Made by a program: the position numbers and the translations under genes
Source of the DNA: Tabrizicola sp.
GTDB taxonomy: Bacteria > Pseudomonadota > Alphaproteobacteria > Rhodobacterales > Rhodobacteraceae
Assembly (NCBI RefSeq): GCF_041913445.1
Contig: NZ_JAYSFG010000002.1
Span: forward strand, 227,061-291,060
Direction: 5' to 3'
Length of the DNA: 64,000 nt
Shown here: piece by piece, positions 31,567 through 40,745 of the stretch
How the letters are laid out: the number at the start of each line of letters is the position of its first letter
How positions within the stretch are numbered: the stretch's first letter is position 1
Notes under the pieces: model-generated
Told to the model about the DNA's origin: nothing
What the model saw: only the letters and a program-made list of their open reading frames with translations
Databases searched by the model: none

Positions 31567-32319
31567 TCAGTTGATCAGCGTGGGCTTCGTCGTGTGGGTG
31601 ACGTTTGACGGCAGGACACCAAGCCGCCGTGCGAGTTCGGTGTAGACGTCGGCCATCGGCTGCGGGTCGGGGATCGAGCCGTCGGGGCGTTCGGGCTGGC
31701 GCATGTCCCACAGGCGGCAAGAGTCCGGGCTGATCTCGTCGGCGACGATCAGGCGCATGAAGTCGCCTTCCCAGATCCGGCCGACCTCGATCCGGAAATC
31801 GGCGAGACGGATGCCCACGCCCATCATCACACCGGAGAGGAAGTCGTTGACCCGCAAGGACAGCGCCACGATGTCGTCGAGGTCCTGCTGGTTGGCCCAG
31901 TTGAAGGCGACGATGTGCTCCTCGGACACCATCGGCGACTGCAGTTTGTCGTCCTTGTAGTAGTATTCGACGATCGGGCGCGGCAGTTGCGTGCCCTCGG
32001 GGATGCCCAGGCGCGAGGTCAGGGGGCCCGCGGCGAAGTTGCGCACCACGACTTCCAGCGGGATGATCTCGGCCATCCGCACCAGCTGCTCGCGCATGTT
32101 GATGCGGCGGATGAAGTGGGTGGGAACACCGATCTGGTTCAGGCCCGCCATGAAGAATTCCGACAGGCGGTTGTTCAGCACGCCCTTGCCCTCACGCGTG
32201 GCGGGGGCGGCGACCGAGGGGGCGTCATCGTCCTTGAAATACTGGATCAGCGTGCCCGGCTCGGGACCTTCGTAAAGGATCTTGGCCTTGCCTTCGTAGA
32301 CCTTCTTGCGCCGTGCCAT
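31567..32319 (-). CDS. purC: SAICAR synthase-family protein with divergent active site
   Basis: YEGKAK, GKGVLNN, PLEVVVRN, ADEISPDSCRLWD; upstream of purS; lacks the DKD..R segment. Confidence 0.88.
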   Translation of the reverse strand: MARRKKVYEGKAKILYEGPEPGTLIQYFKDDDAPSVAAPATREGKGVLNNRLSEFFMAGLNQIGVPTHFIRRINMREQLVRMAEIIPLEVVVRNFAAGPLTSRLGIPEGTQLPRPIVEYYYKDDKLQSPMVSEEHIVAFNWANQQDLDDIVALSLRVNDFLSGVMMGVGIRLADFRIEVGRIWEGDFMRLIVADEISPDSCRLWDMRQPERPDGSIPDPQPMADVYTELARRLGVLPSNVTHTTKPTLIN

Positions 32320-32497
32320 GGTTCATCCGATCAGGGGTGCGGGACCAGGCTTCTGCCTTCAAACCGCTTTCCTTGGCCTATAGTCCAAGGGGGCCATACT
32401 CGCAAGGCGCGAGCGGTCGGATGCCGCCCAAGGGGGCTTGCGAGAGCCGGGCGGGAGGGGCATATGGAAGGGAACCAATGCCTGACCGGGGGAGCCC

Positions 32498-32812
32498 ATG
32501 ACCACGTTCGACGACCGCGAGAATGCCTTCGAGGCCAAGTTCGCCCATGACAGCGAGATGCAGTTCCGGGCCGAGGCGCGGCGTAACAAGCTGGTGGGCC
32601 TCTGGGCCGCGGGCCTGATGGGCAAGACGGACGACGCCGCAGCCGCCTATGCGCTGGAAGTGGTGAGCGCCGACTTCGAGGAAGCGGGCGACGAGGACGT
32701 GGTGCGCAAGGTCGTGGCCGACCTCGCCGGCAAGGCCAGCGCCGATGAGGTGCGGGCGAAGATGAAGGAACTCCTGCCGGTTGCGAAGTCGCAGTTGATG
32801 TCGGAGCTCTGA
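32498..32812 (+). CDS. DUF1476, F1FO-ATP synthase zeta inhibitor subunit
   Basis: MTTFDDRENAFEAKFAHD..FRAEARRNKL.G.WAAG, as in the Paracoccus zeta subunit. Confidence 0.88.
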   Translation: MTTFDDRENAFEAKFAHDSEMQFRAEARRNKLVGLWAAGLMGKTDDAAAAYALEVVSADFEEAGDEDVVRKVVADLAGKASADEVRAKMKELLPVAKSQLMSEL

Positions 32813-32829
32813 TCCTTCGGCAAAAGTCC

Positions 32830-32865
32830 AAAGGCGCGGTCCCCAAGGGTCCGCGCCTTTTCTTT
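32830..32865 (+). terminator. Terminator hairpin after the zeta gene
   Basis: AAAGGCGCGG...CCGCGCCTTT followed by TCTTT. Confidence 0.75.
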
Positions 32866-32981
32866 GCGACGTGGGCGGGCGGCATGAGTCCGACCGCAAG
32901 ACAAGATGCGGAATATGGATTTGCCTAGCGCCGCGACCCGTGGCACAGGGAAGGGGAGTGGCCCGCCTGAAGGAACCAGAG

Positions 32982-33995
32982 ATGACCGACGCCCTGACCC
33001 GGATGCTTGAAACGCGCGACTGGCTGATGGCCGATGGTGCAACGGGGACCAACCTGTTCAACATGGGGCTGTCGTCGGGCGAGCCGCCCGAGTTCTGGAA
33101 CGTCGAGAAGCCGCAGAACATCCTGAAGCTGTACGGCGATGCAGTTGCGGCCGGGTCGGACCTCTTCCTGACCAACACCTTTGGCGGCAATGCCGCGCGG
33201 CTGAAGCTGCACCAGGCGCAGGGCCGGGTGCGCGAACTGAACCGCGTGGGGGCCGAGCTTGGGCGCGAGATTGCCGACAAGGCCGGTCGCAGCGTGGTGG
33301 TCGCGGGGTCCATGGGGCCAACGGGTGAGATTTTCGAGCCGATGGGCACGCTGACCCACGAGCTGGCGGTCGAGATGTTCCACGAACAGGCCGAGGCGCT
33401 GAAAGAAGGCGGCGCGGACGTGTTGTGGGTCGAGACGATCTCGGCCCCCGAGGAGTATCGCGCGGCGGCGGATGCGGCGCTGCGGGCGGACATGCCCTGG
33501 TGCGGGACGATGAGCTTTGACACGGCTGGGCGGACGATGATGGGCACGACTTCGGCCGCGATGGCGGATATGGTCGAGCGGCTGGTGAACCCGCCGATCG
33601 CCTTTGGTGCCAACTGCGGCGTGGGCGCCTCGGACCTGATGCGGACGGTGCTGGGCTTCGCGGCGACGGGGACGGAACGGCCGCTGATCGCCAAGGGCAA
33701 TGCGGGGATCCCGAAGTATCACGATGGCCATATCCACTATGACGGCACGCCCGAGCTGATGGCGGAATATGCCGTGATGGCGCGGGATGCCGGCGTCCGG
33801 ATCATCGGCGGCTGCTGCGGCACGATGCCCGAGCACCTGCGCGCGATGCGGGTGGCGCTGGAAAGCCGCCCCAAGGGCAACCGCCCCTCGCTCGAGGTGA
33901 TCCAGGCGAAGCTTGGCGGCTTCTCCTCGGCCTCGGACGGGACGGGCGACGATGCGGGCGCGGGTCGGCGGGAGCGTCGGGGACGTCGGGGCTGA
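32982..33995 (+). CDS. bmt: Homocysteine S-methyltransferase domain protein (Bmt/split MetH)
   Basis: DGATGT, TNTFG, GSMGP, ETIS, GANCG, GGCCG Zn ligands; stand-alone domain. Confidence 0.85.
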   Translation: MTDALTRMLETRDWLMADGATGTNLFNMGLSSGEPPEFWNVEKPQNILKLYGDAVAAGSDLFLTNTFGGNAARLKLHQAQGRVRELNRVGAELGREIADKAGRSVVVAGSMGPTGEIFEPMGTLTHELAVEMFHEQAEALKEGGADVLWVETISAPEEYRAAADAALRADMPWCGTMSFDTAGRTMMGTTSAAMADMVERLVNPPIAFGANCGVGASDLMRTVLGFAATGTERPLIAKGNAGIPKYHDGHIHYDGTPELMAEYAVMARDAGVRIIGGCCGTMPEHLRAMRVALESRPKGNRPSLEVIQAKLGGFSSASDGTGDDAGAGRRERRGRRG

Positions 33996-34011
33996 CCGGT
34001 CGGGCCGGGGA

Positions 34012-34056
34012 CAAAATCCTTCGAAGGATTTTGGCAAGACTTTTCGAAGAGTTTTG
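34012..34056. repeat. AT-rich double hairpin element, copy 1
   Basis: CAAAATCCTT-CG-AAGGATTTTG plus CAAGACTTTT-CG-AAGAGTTTTG between convergent genes. Confidence 0.75.
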
Positions 34057-34073
34057 CGCCCGGACGTGGCGGG

Positions 34074-35159
34074 TCAGAACAGCGTCAACTGGTCGCCGGG
34101 CTTTGGCGGCGGCGCGAACAGGTCGCAGCGCAGCTCGGGGGGGGGTTCGTTCAGGCCCAGGCGTTTGCGTGCCACCTCGGCCCGCCGGTGGATGAGCTCC
34201 GCCCAAAGCCCCTCGCCCCGCATCCGCTTGCCCCATTCGGGATCGTAATCCTTGCCCCCGTGCAATTCACGTACCCGGCCCATGACATGGGCGGCGCGGC
34301 CGGGGACGGTCGCCTCCAGCCAGTCGCGGAAAAGCCCCGCCACCTCCAGCGGCAGGCGGAGGGGGATGCAGTTTGCCGCACGCGCTCCGGCCTCGCGGCC
34401 GGCCTCCATCACCGCTTCCAGCTCGTGGTCCGTCAGCCCGGGGATCAGCGGCGAGACCTGGATGCGGACCGGGATCCCCGCTTCGGACAGGCGGCGGATC
34501 ATTTGCAGCCGCCGCTTCGGCGAGGGCGCGCGTGGTTCCATCTGGCGGGCGAGGCCTTCGTCCAGCGTAGTGACCGAGACTGCCGCCACGGCAAGCCCCT
34601 GCGCAGCCATCCCTGCGATGAGATCGATGTCGCGCTCGACCGTCGTGCCGCGGGTGGTAAGCCAGACCGGGTGGCGGAAATCGGACAGCACCTGCAGCAC
34701 CTGCCGGGTGATGCCGTGCTCGCGCTCCACCGGCTGATAAGGGTCGGTGTTGGTGCCGATCGCCACCGGGGCGACCTTGTAGGTCGGGCGGCGCAACTCC
34801 TTTTCCAGCACTTCGGCGATGCCCGGTCGGGCGATGAGCCGCGTCTCGAAATCGAGGCCGGGGGAGAGGTTCAGGTAGGCATGGGTCGGCCGGGCGAAGC
34901 AGTAGATGCAGCCGTGCTCGCACCCCCGGTAAACGTTGATCGATCGGTCGAAGGGCACGTCGGGCGAGCGGTTGAAGGTCAGGGCCGAGCGAGGGCGTTC
35001 GATTCGCACTTCGGTGGCGACCAGGCGCTCCTCCTCGGGGAGATCCCAGCCGTCGTCGAAGGCTTCGCGCGCGGTCGCCTCATACCGGCCGGTCGCATTG
35101 CTGCCGGCCCCCCGCGCCCGGAGACGCTGGCCGGGAAGGAGGGTGGAGTTCCGGGTCAT
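34074..35159 (-). CDS. PA0069-family (SplB-like) radical SAM protein
   Basis: NVYRGCEHGCIYCFAR (CxxxCxxC), GTNTDPYQP. Confidence 0.9.
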   Translation of the reverse strand: MTRNSTLLPGQRLRARGAGSNATGRYEATAREAFDDGWDLPEEERLVATEVRIERPRSALTFNRSPDVPFDRSINVYRGCEHGCIYCFARPTHAYLNLSPGLDFETRLIARPGIAEVLEKELRRPTYKVAPVAIGTNTDPYQPVEREHGITRQVLQVLSDFRHPVWLTTRGTTVERDIDLIAGMAAQGLAVAAVSVTTLDEGLARQMEPRAPSPKRRLQMIRRLSEAGIPVRIQVSPLIPGLTDHELEAVMEAGREAGARAANCIPLRLPLEVAGLFRDWLEATVPGRAAHVMGRVRELHGGKDYDPEWGKRMRGEGLWAELIHRRAEVARKRLGLNEPPPELRCDLFAPPPKPGDQLTLF

Positions 35160-35171
35160 CGGACAAATCTA

Positions 35172-35186
35172 GAACATTTGCGGAAC
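35172..35186 (-). promoter_or_regulatory. Alphaproteobacterial LexA (SOS) box
   Basis: GAAC-ATTTGCG-GAAC (GTTC-N7-GTTC on minus strand), 12 bp from the radical SAM start codon. Confidence 0.8.
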
Positions 35187-35317
35187 ATGCGCCACGACTT
35201 TCCGATGCGCGACGGCTTTCTGTCGGCTTTCATCCGGTGTATGTCGCTTGCCGCATAGTGGCGATGTCGGTTTGCGACCATCACCATTCCAAACCCTTCC
35301 GCTTGGAGCGCGCCCCG

Positions 35318-36016
35318 ATGGCTGACGAAGACGAGATCATCCTTTCCGAACTGTCGGATGACGAGCTTGTGCTGCAGATGCATGACGACCTTTACGACGG
35401 TCTCAAGGAAGAGATCGAAGAGGGCGTCAACATCCTGATCGAACGGGGCTGGGCCCCCTACGACGTGCTGACCAAGGCGCTGGTTGCGGGCATGACCATC
35501 GTCGGCGCGGACTTCCGCGACGGGATCCTGTTCGTCCCCGAGGTGCTGCTGGCCGCCAACGCGATGAAGGCTGGGATGGCGATCCTGAAGCCTCTGCTCG
35601 CCGAAACCGGCGCGCCGCGCATGGGCAAGATGGTGATCGGCACCGTGAAGGGCGACATCCACGACATCGGCAAGAACCTTGTCGCCATGATGATGGAAGG
35701 CGCGGGCTTCGAGGTCGTGGACCTGGGGATCAACAACGCGGTCGAGAAGTATCTGGAAGCGCTCGAGAAGGAGCAGCCCGATATCCTTGGCATGTCGGCT
35801 CTGCTGACCACGACGATGCCCTACATGAAGGTCGTGATCGACACGATGAAGGAAAAGGGCCTGCGCGAGGACTATATCGTGCTGGTCGGCGGCGCCCCTT
35901 TGAACGAGGAATTCGGCAAGGCCATCGGTGCGGACGCCTATTGCCGCGACGCCGCCGTGGCGGTCGAGACGGCCAAGCAGTTCGTCGCCCGCAAGCACAA
36001 CCAGCTGAACGGCTGA
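35318..36016 (+). CDS. Stand-alone corrinoid (B12-binding) protein, split MetH module
   Basis: Cap domain LFVPEVLLAA, GTVKGDIHDIGKNLV (DxHxxG), MSALL, VGGAP. Confidence 0.9.
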   Translation: MADEDEIILSELSDDELVLQMHDDLYDGLKEEIEEGVNILIERGWAPYDVLTKALVAGMTIVGADFRDGILFVPEVLLAANAMKAGMAILKPLLAETGAPRMGKMVIGTVKGDIHDIGKNLVAMMMEGAGFEVVDLGINNAVEKYLEALEKEQPDILGMSALLTTTMPYMKVVIDTMKEKGLREDYIVLVGGAPLNEEFGKAIGADAYCRDAAVAVETAKQFVARKHNQLNG

Positions 36017-36091
36017 CACGCCCCTGTGATTCGGGAGGGGCTTGTCTTACGCCCTCCCGAAGCGCAGATTGAAGGTCAGGGAGGCGCGCTG

Positions 36092-36250
36092 ATGCCCTTG
36101 ACTCACTTCCTTGGATTGGTTGCCCTGGTCGTCCTGGCCGCAGGCTTGACCATCTGGCTTGCCGTCTGGACCGGGGTTCCTCTCATGGCACTGGCCTTCG
36201 CAGCGCTTTCGGCCAGCATCATCCTGACCTGGACCCGGCTCAGCCGGTAA
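36092..36250 (+). CDS. 52-aa two-TM membrane peptide
   Basis: RBS GGGAGG; MPLTHFLGLVALVVLAAGLTIWLAVW...; lies between corrinoid protein and DUF1638. Confidence 0.55.
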   Translation: MPLTHFLGLVALVVLAAGLTIWLAVWTGVPLMALAFAALSASIILTWTRLSR

Positions 36251-36260
36251 GAGGTTGCCG

Positions 36261-36893
36261 ATGGACGACCTTACGCTTTCCGAGACCGGGCTGCCGCCTG
36301 CCCATTCCGGGCGCATCCTGCTGATCGCCTGCGGTGCGCTGGCGCATGAAATTCTGGCGCTGAAAGCCGCGAATGGTTGGACGCATCTGGACCTGCAGTG
36401 CCTGCCGGCCAAGCTGCATCTCTGGCCCGAGAAGATCATTCCTGCCGTGGAAGAGGCCGTGTCGGCGGCGCGCGGAGCCTATGAGACGGTGTTCGTCGTC
36501 TATGCCGATTGCGGGACGGGGGGGTTGCTCAAGGCCGCCTGCGACCGGCTGGGGGTCGAGATGGTCGAGGGACCGCATTGCTATGCCTTCTTCGAAGGCA
36601 ACGCGACCTTTGCTGCCCGGGCAGATGAGGAGTTCGACGCCTTCTACTTGACCGATTTCCTGGTGCGCCAGTTCGATGCTTTCGTCTGGAAGCCGATGGG
36701 TCTGGACCGCCATCCCCAGTTGCGGGACATGTATTTCGGGAACTATCGCAAGCTTGTCTATCAGGCGCAGAAGGACGACCCGGCGCTGGATGCCAAGGCC
36801 GAGGACTGCGCCCGCAGGCTGGGGCTGGAGTATGAGCGGCGGTTCACGGGCTATGGTGATCTGGCAGTGACGCTGGCCCGCGTAGCGGGTTAA
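36261..36893 (+). CDS. DUF1638-domain protein
   Basis: LIACGALAHE, LPAKLHL.P, YADCGTGG, HCY, FYLTDF. Confidence 0.8.
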   Translation: MDDLTLSETGLPPAHSGRILLIACGALAHEILALKAANGWTHLDLQCLPAKLHLWPEKIIPAVEEAVSAARGAYETVFVVYADCGTGGLLKAACDRLGVEMVEGPHCYAFFEGNATFAARADEEFDAFYLTDFLVRQFDAFVWKPMGLDRHPQLRDMYFGNYRKLVYQAQKDDPALDAKAEDCARRLGLEYERRFTGYGDLAVTLARVAG

Positions 36894-37927
36894 CCGGCGA
36901 AGTCGGTGATCACGGCGACACCGGGTGCGGTGGGGCCGTCGAAGGCCTTCAGTTCCTCGGTGGCTTGGCTCAGCGCGACGGTGCGCGCGACGATGGGGCT
37001 GACGTCGATGCGGCCGGTTTCGATGAGGCTCAGGAGCGTCGGGTAGCGCCAGGCGGGCATGCCGCGGGTGCCGAAGACTGACAGTTGCCGCATGTAGAGC
37101 GCGTTCATGTCGATCTGCATCTGCGCGGTGTGGCCGACGGGGAGGCCGACCTGAACGTGTCGGCCCAAAGGGCGCAGGCATTTCAGGGAATTGTTGGCGG
37201 TGGCTTCGATCCCCAGCGCCTCGACACTGACATGGGCGCCGCCTTGGGTGATCTCGATGATCTTCGCGGCAACGTCGCCGTCGCGGGCGTCCAGCGCGGC
37301 CTCGGCGCCGAGGGCTTTGGCGTGGGTGAGCTTCTCGGGGACCACATCGACCACGATGACCCGCGCGCCGAGCGCCTTGCCGATAAGCAGGCAGGAGAGA
37401 CCGATCCCGCCGGTGCCGTGGACGGCAAGCCATTCCCCGGCTTGCAGCGCGGCGCGACCGGTGAGGGCGTGGAAGGCGGTGGTGACGCGGCAGCCGAGGC
37501 CGGCGGCGAGGGCGGGGGAGAGGCTTTCGGGCAGGCGCGTCAGGTTGTGAGCGTGGGGGACCGAGACGTATTCGGCATAGGCCCCGCGGTCGCCGAAGCC
37601 CGGGACGCGCTGCGACCGGCAGGTGGTGGTCTGGCCCGAGCGGCATTCCGGGCAGTCGCCGCAGGCGAGGATGAAGGGGGCGATGACGCGGTCGCCCTTG
37701 CGCCATTTGGCCAGTGGGCCGGCCTCCACGACTTCGCCGCAGTATTCGTGGCCGGGAATGTCGCCGGGTTTGACCCTGGGATGTTCGCCGACCCAGCCGT
37801 GCCAGTCGCTGCGGCAGATGCCGCAGGCGAGGGACTTCAGGACCACGCCATCCGCTTCGCAGATGGGATCGGCGACGGTTTCCAGGCTGAGGGGCTCGCG
37901 GTAGGCGCGAAGGACGGCGGCGCGCAT
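36890..37927 (-). CDS. Zn-dependent alcohol dehydrogenase (MDR family)
   Basis: CGICRSDWH, GHEYCG, CGDCPEC...C, GTGGIG. Confidence 0.92.
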   Translation of the reverse strand: MRAAVLRAYREPLSLETVADPICEADGVVLKSLACGICRSDWHGWVGEHPRVKPGDIPGHEYCGEVVEAGPLAKWRKGDRVIAPFILACGDCPECRSGQTTTCRSQRVPGFGDRGAYAEYVSVPHAHNLTRLPESLSPALAAGLGCRVTTAFHALTGRAALQAGEWLAVHGTGGIGLSCLLIGKALGARVIVVDVVPEKLTHAKALGAEAALDARDGDVAAKIIEITQGGAHVSVEALGIEATANNSLKCLRPLGRHVQVGLPVGHTAQMQIDMNALYMRQLSVFGTRGMPAWRYPTLLSLIETGRIDVSPIVARTVALSQATEELKAFDGPTAPGVAVITDFAG

Positions 37928-38146
37928 TCAGGTTCCTCGATAATGGTTCAGGCAGAAGACGCGGATTGCCGAGGCGAGGCCCTCCTCTCCGCGACGGGCG
38001 GCGTCGATTTCGGCGGCCAGTGCGTTGAGGGGGGTGTCTTTCTCGGTGGCAATGGCGCGGAAGGCGTCCCAGAATTCGGGTTCCAGCGAGACCGAGGTGC
38101 GGTGGCCGTGGAGGGTGAGGGAGTGTTTCGCGGGGCGGGTGGTCAT
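37928..38146 (-). CDS. Ribbon-helix-helix (RHH_4) domain protein
   Basis: KHSLTLHGHRTSVSLEPEFW...LASAIRVF. Confidence 0.85.
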   Translation of the reverse strand: MTTRPAKHSLTLHGHRTSVSLEPEFWDAFRAIATEKDTPLNALAAEIDAARRGEEGLASAIRVFCLNHYRGT

Positions 38147-38175
38147 GGGTGGAACCGTAGCCAATGCGCTGGACA

Positions 38176-38228
38176 CCCAAAATCCTTAAGTAAGGATTTT
38201 GACAAATTTCTTACTTAAGAAATTTGGG
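38176..38228. repeat. AT-rich double hairpin element, copy 2
   Basis: CAAAATCCTT-AAGT-AAGGATTTTG-A-CAAATTTCTT-ACTT-AAGAAATTTG. Confidence 0.8.
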
Positions 38229-38238
38229 TCCCGGATGG

Positions 38239-38469
38239 TCAGAGGCGCAGCAACACGTCATCCGAGTTGCAGAAGACGACAAAATGTCCGGCATTTTCCA
38301 CCACCCGGAACCCGCGCTTCTTCATCGCCGCAAGGAAAGCGTCGCGCCCGACGAGGCGTTCGACATCGCTCACCTTCCGGCGGACCACTCCGCCGTCCAA
38401 TGCGGTCTTGGTGGCAAACATCTGTCGCATCCATTCCTGCGACGTGACTGGCAAGGCAAGTTCGTGCAT
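38239..38469 (-). CDS. 76-aa hypothetical protein (small Rhodobacteraceae family)
   Basis: RBS GGAGG; GGVVRRK..DVERLVG....RGFRVVENAGHFVVFCN. Confidence 0.7.
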   Translation of the reverse strand: MHELALPVTSQEWMRQMFATKTALDGGVVRRKVSDVERLVGRDAFLAAMKKRGFRVVENAGHFVVFCNSDDVLLRL

Positions 38470-38516
38470 CGGCGCACCTCCTGCCCTGAACCTGCCAAAG
38501 CAGGGTTAACGCCCGG

Positions 38517-38696
38517 TTACTCCGTCTCGCGCTTGTGACCGTCGAGCTCCCGCGCGGCCTTCTCGGCACGGGCCTTTTCCAGCTCCCGTTCGGCCTTGGT
38601 CCGGCCATGCTTCACGGCATTGGCGTCGGCCACCGAGCGGGCGGCCTTGCGGGCCGCCTGCTTCTTTGCCGTCCTCAGGTTGACGACCTCGCCCAT
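38517..38696 (-). CDS. DUF4169-family protein, 59 aa (not in ORF track)
   Basis: [17 protein letters not shown]...NAVKHGRTKAER...LDGHKRETE; ATGA-coupled to fumC stop. Confidence 0.85.
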   Translation of the reverse strand: MGEVVNLRTAKKQAARKAARSVADANAVKHGRTKAERELEKARAEKAARELDGHKRETE

Positions 38697-40090
38697 CAGC
38701 CCTTCGGGCCGACCATGTCCTCGGGCCGGACGATGCGGTCGAAGGTCTCGCCGTCGACAAAGCCAAGCGCGATGGCCTCTTCCCGCAGCGTGGTCCCGTT
38801 CTTGTGCGCGGTCTTGGCGACCTTCGTGGCGTTGTCGTAGCCGATGGTGGGCGCCAGCGCCGTCACCAGCATCAGCGACTCCTTCATCAGCTTCTCGATC
38901 CGCGCCACGTTGGCCTGGGTGCCCACGACCATGTTGTCGGTGAAGCTACTCGCCGCATCGCCCAGAAGCTGGATCGACTGCAGCACGTTGTAGGACATCA
39001 TCGGGTTGTAGACGTTCAGCTCGAAATGGCCTTGGCTGCCGGCGAAGCCCACGGCGGCGTCGTTGCCCATCACATGGGCGCAGACCATCGTCAGCGCCTC
39101 GGCCTGGGTGGGGTTGACCTTGCCCGGCATGATCGACGACCCCGGCTCGTTCTCCGGCAGGATCAGCTCGCCCAGGCCCGAGCGGGGGCCGGAGCCCAGA
39201 AGCCGCAGGTCGTTGGCGATCTTGAAGAGCGACCCGGCAACCGTCTTCAGCGCGCCCGAGAACATGACCATTGCGTCATGGGCGGCCAGCGCCTCGAACT
39301 TGTTGGGCGCGGTCACGAAGGGCAGGCCGGTGATCTTGGCGATCTCGGCGGCGACGCGGGCATCGAAGCCCACGCGGGTGTTCAGGCCGGTGCCAACGGC
39401 GGTGCCGCCCTGGGCAAGCTCATAGATGTGCGGCAGGCACATCTTCACCCGCTCGATCCCGCGGTCGACCTGGGTGGCGTAGCCCGAGAACTCCTGCCCC
39501 AGCGTCAGGGGCGTCGCGTCCTGGGTGTGGGTGCGGCCGATCTTGATGATGTCCTTGAATTCGCTGGACTTCGCCCAGAGCGCCTTGGACAGCTTCGTGA
39601 GCCCCGGGATCAGCACGTCGCGGGTGTGCATGCCGATGGCGACGTGCATCGCGGTGGGGAAGGTGTCGTTCGACGACTGGCCCATGTTCACGTGGTCGTT
39701 CGGGTGGACGGGCTTCTTCGAGCCCATCACGCCGCCAAGCATCTCGATCGCGCGGTTCGAGATGACCTCGTTCGCGTTCATGTTCGACTGGGTGCCGGAT
39801 CCGGTCTGCCATACGACCAGCGGGAAGTTGTCGTCGAATTTGCCCTCGATCACTTCCTGAGCCGCCGCCACGATGGCGTTGCCAAGCTCAGCCGGCAGGT
39901 CGCCCTGCGCCATGTTCACCACGGCGCAGGCGCGCTTGATGACGCCGAGGGCGCGGATGATCGGGACGGGCTGGCGTTCCCAGCCGATGGGGAAGTTGAT
40001 GATCGACCGCTGGGTCTGCGCGCCCCAGTACTTGTCGGAAGGAACCTCAAGCGGGCCAAAGCTGTCGGTTTCGGTACGGGTCGCGGTCAT
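38696..40090 (-). CDS. fumC: Class II fumarate hydratase
   Basis: [31 protein letters not shown]. Confidence 0.97.
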   Translation of the reverse strand: MTATRTETDSFGPLEVPSDKYWGAQTQRSIINFPIGWERQPVPIIRALGVIKRACAVVNMAQGDLPAELGNAIVAAAQEVIEGKFDDNFPLVVWQTGSGTQSNMNANEVISNRAIEMLGGVMGSKKPVHPNDHVNMGQSSNDTFPTAMHVAIGMHTRDVLIPGLTKLSKALWAKSSEFKDIIKIGRTHTQDATPLTLGQEFSGYATQVDRGIERVKMCLPHIYELAQGGTAVGTGLNTRVGFDARVAAEIAKITGLPFVTAPNKFEALAAHDAMVMFSGALKTVAGSLFKIANDLRLLGSGPRSGLGELILPENEPGSSIMPGKVNPTQAEALTMVCAHVMGNDAAVGFAGSQGHFELNVYNPMMSYNVLQSIQLLGDAASSFTDNMVVGTQANVARIEKLMKESLMLVTALAPTIGYDNATKVAKTAHKNGTTLREEAIALGFVDGETFDRIVRPEDMVGPKG

Positions 40091-40193
40091 CGGGGCCTCC
40101 ATCACGCTCTCGGCCCTTCGCATAGCGCCCGAGGGAGGCGAAATCAATTGGCATGCAATGGTATACCGTAGGAAAGCCGCAAATGCCGCAGGC

Positions 40194-40745
40194 TCAGGCG
40201 CGGCGGAAGCGGTAGACCGTGGCCGGGGGCAGGTTGGCCCAGACCTTGTTGCCTTTGTTCACTGTCAGGCCGAGCGCCGAGATCGTCTCGGGCGGCAGCG
40301 GTGGGCGGGGGCCGTAGGTGAACTGGACGTAGCGGCCCCGCGGCGCGAGGATGGCGAAGGCGGCCGATACGATGCCCTCGCGAACGTCTTCCGGCATCGA
40401 CAGAAGCGGGAGGCCGGAGATCACCGTCGACACGCCTGCCGGGACCAGCCGGGCCGCCTCTTGCGCCGGAAGCTGGTGGACGGTCACTTTGGGGAACTTC
40501 TGGCGCAGGTAGTCGACGAATTCCTCGTCCAGCTCGAACAGGGTCACCTTCTCGGGCGGCACGCCGCGGGCCAGGATCGCCTCGGTGAAGCGGCCGGTGC
40601 CGGGGCCGAATTCCACCACCGGCCCGCTGTTCGGTCCCAGGCCCAAGGTCATGGCCCGCGCAAGCGTGCGCGAGGAGGGCGCGATGGCCGAGACCTGCCG
40701 GGGGTTCTTCAGCAGCCGCCGGCGGAACAGCGCAAGGTCGGACAT
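40194..40745 (-). CDS. pmtA: Class I SAM methyltransferase, rhizobial PmtA-type phospholipid N-methyltransferase
   Basis: [31 protein letters not shown]. Confidence 0.7.
   Translation of the reverse strand: MSDLALFRRRLLKNPRQVSAIAPSSRTLARAMTLGLGPNSGPVVEFGPGTGRFTEAILARGVPPEKVTLFELDEEFVDYLRQKFPKVTVHQLPAQEAARLVPAGVSTVISGLPLLSMPEDVREGIVSAAFAILAPRGRYVQFTYGPRPPLPPETISALGLTVNKGNKVWANLPPATVYRFRRA

Noticed and set aside
32866-32981. SAM or cobalamin riboswitch upstream of bmt
   Set aside because: Only a GGGAAGG fragment; SAM-II, SAM-SAH and B12-box cores are absent
40140-40156. AAATCAATTGGCAT as a third IHF/module copy upstream of fumC
   Set aside because: Lacks the TTR half and both flanking boxes
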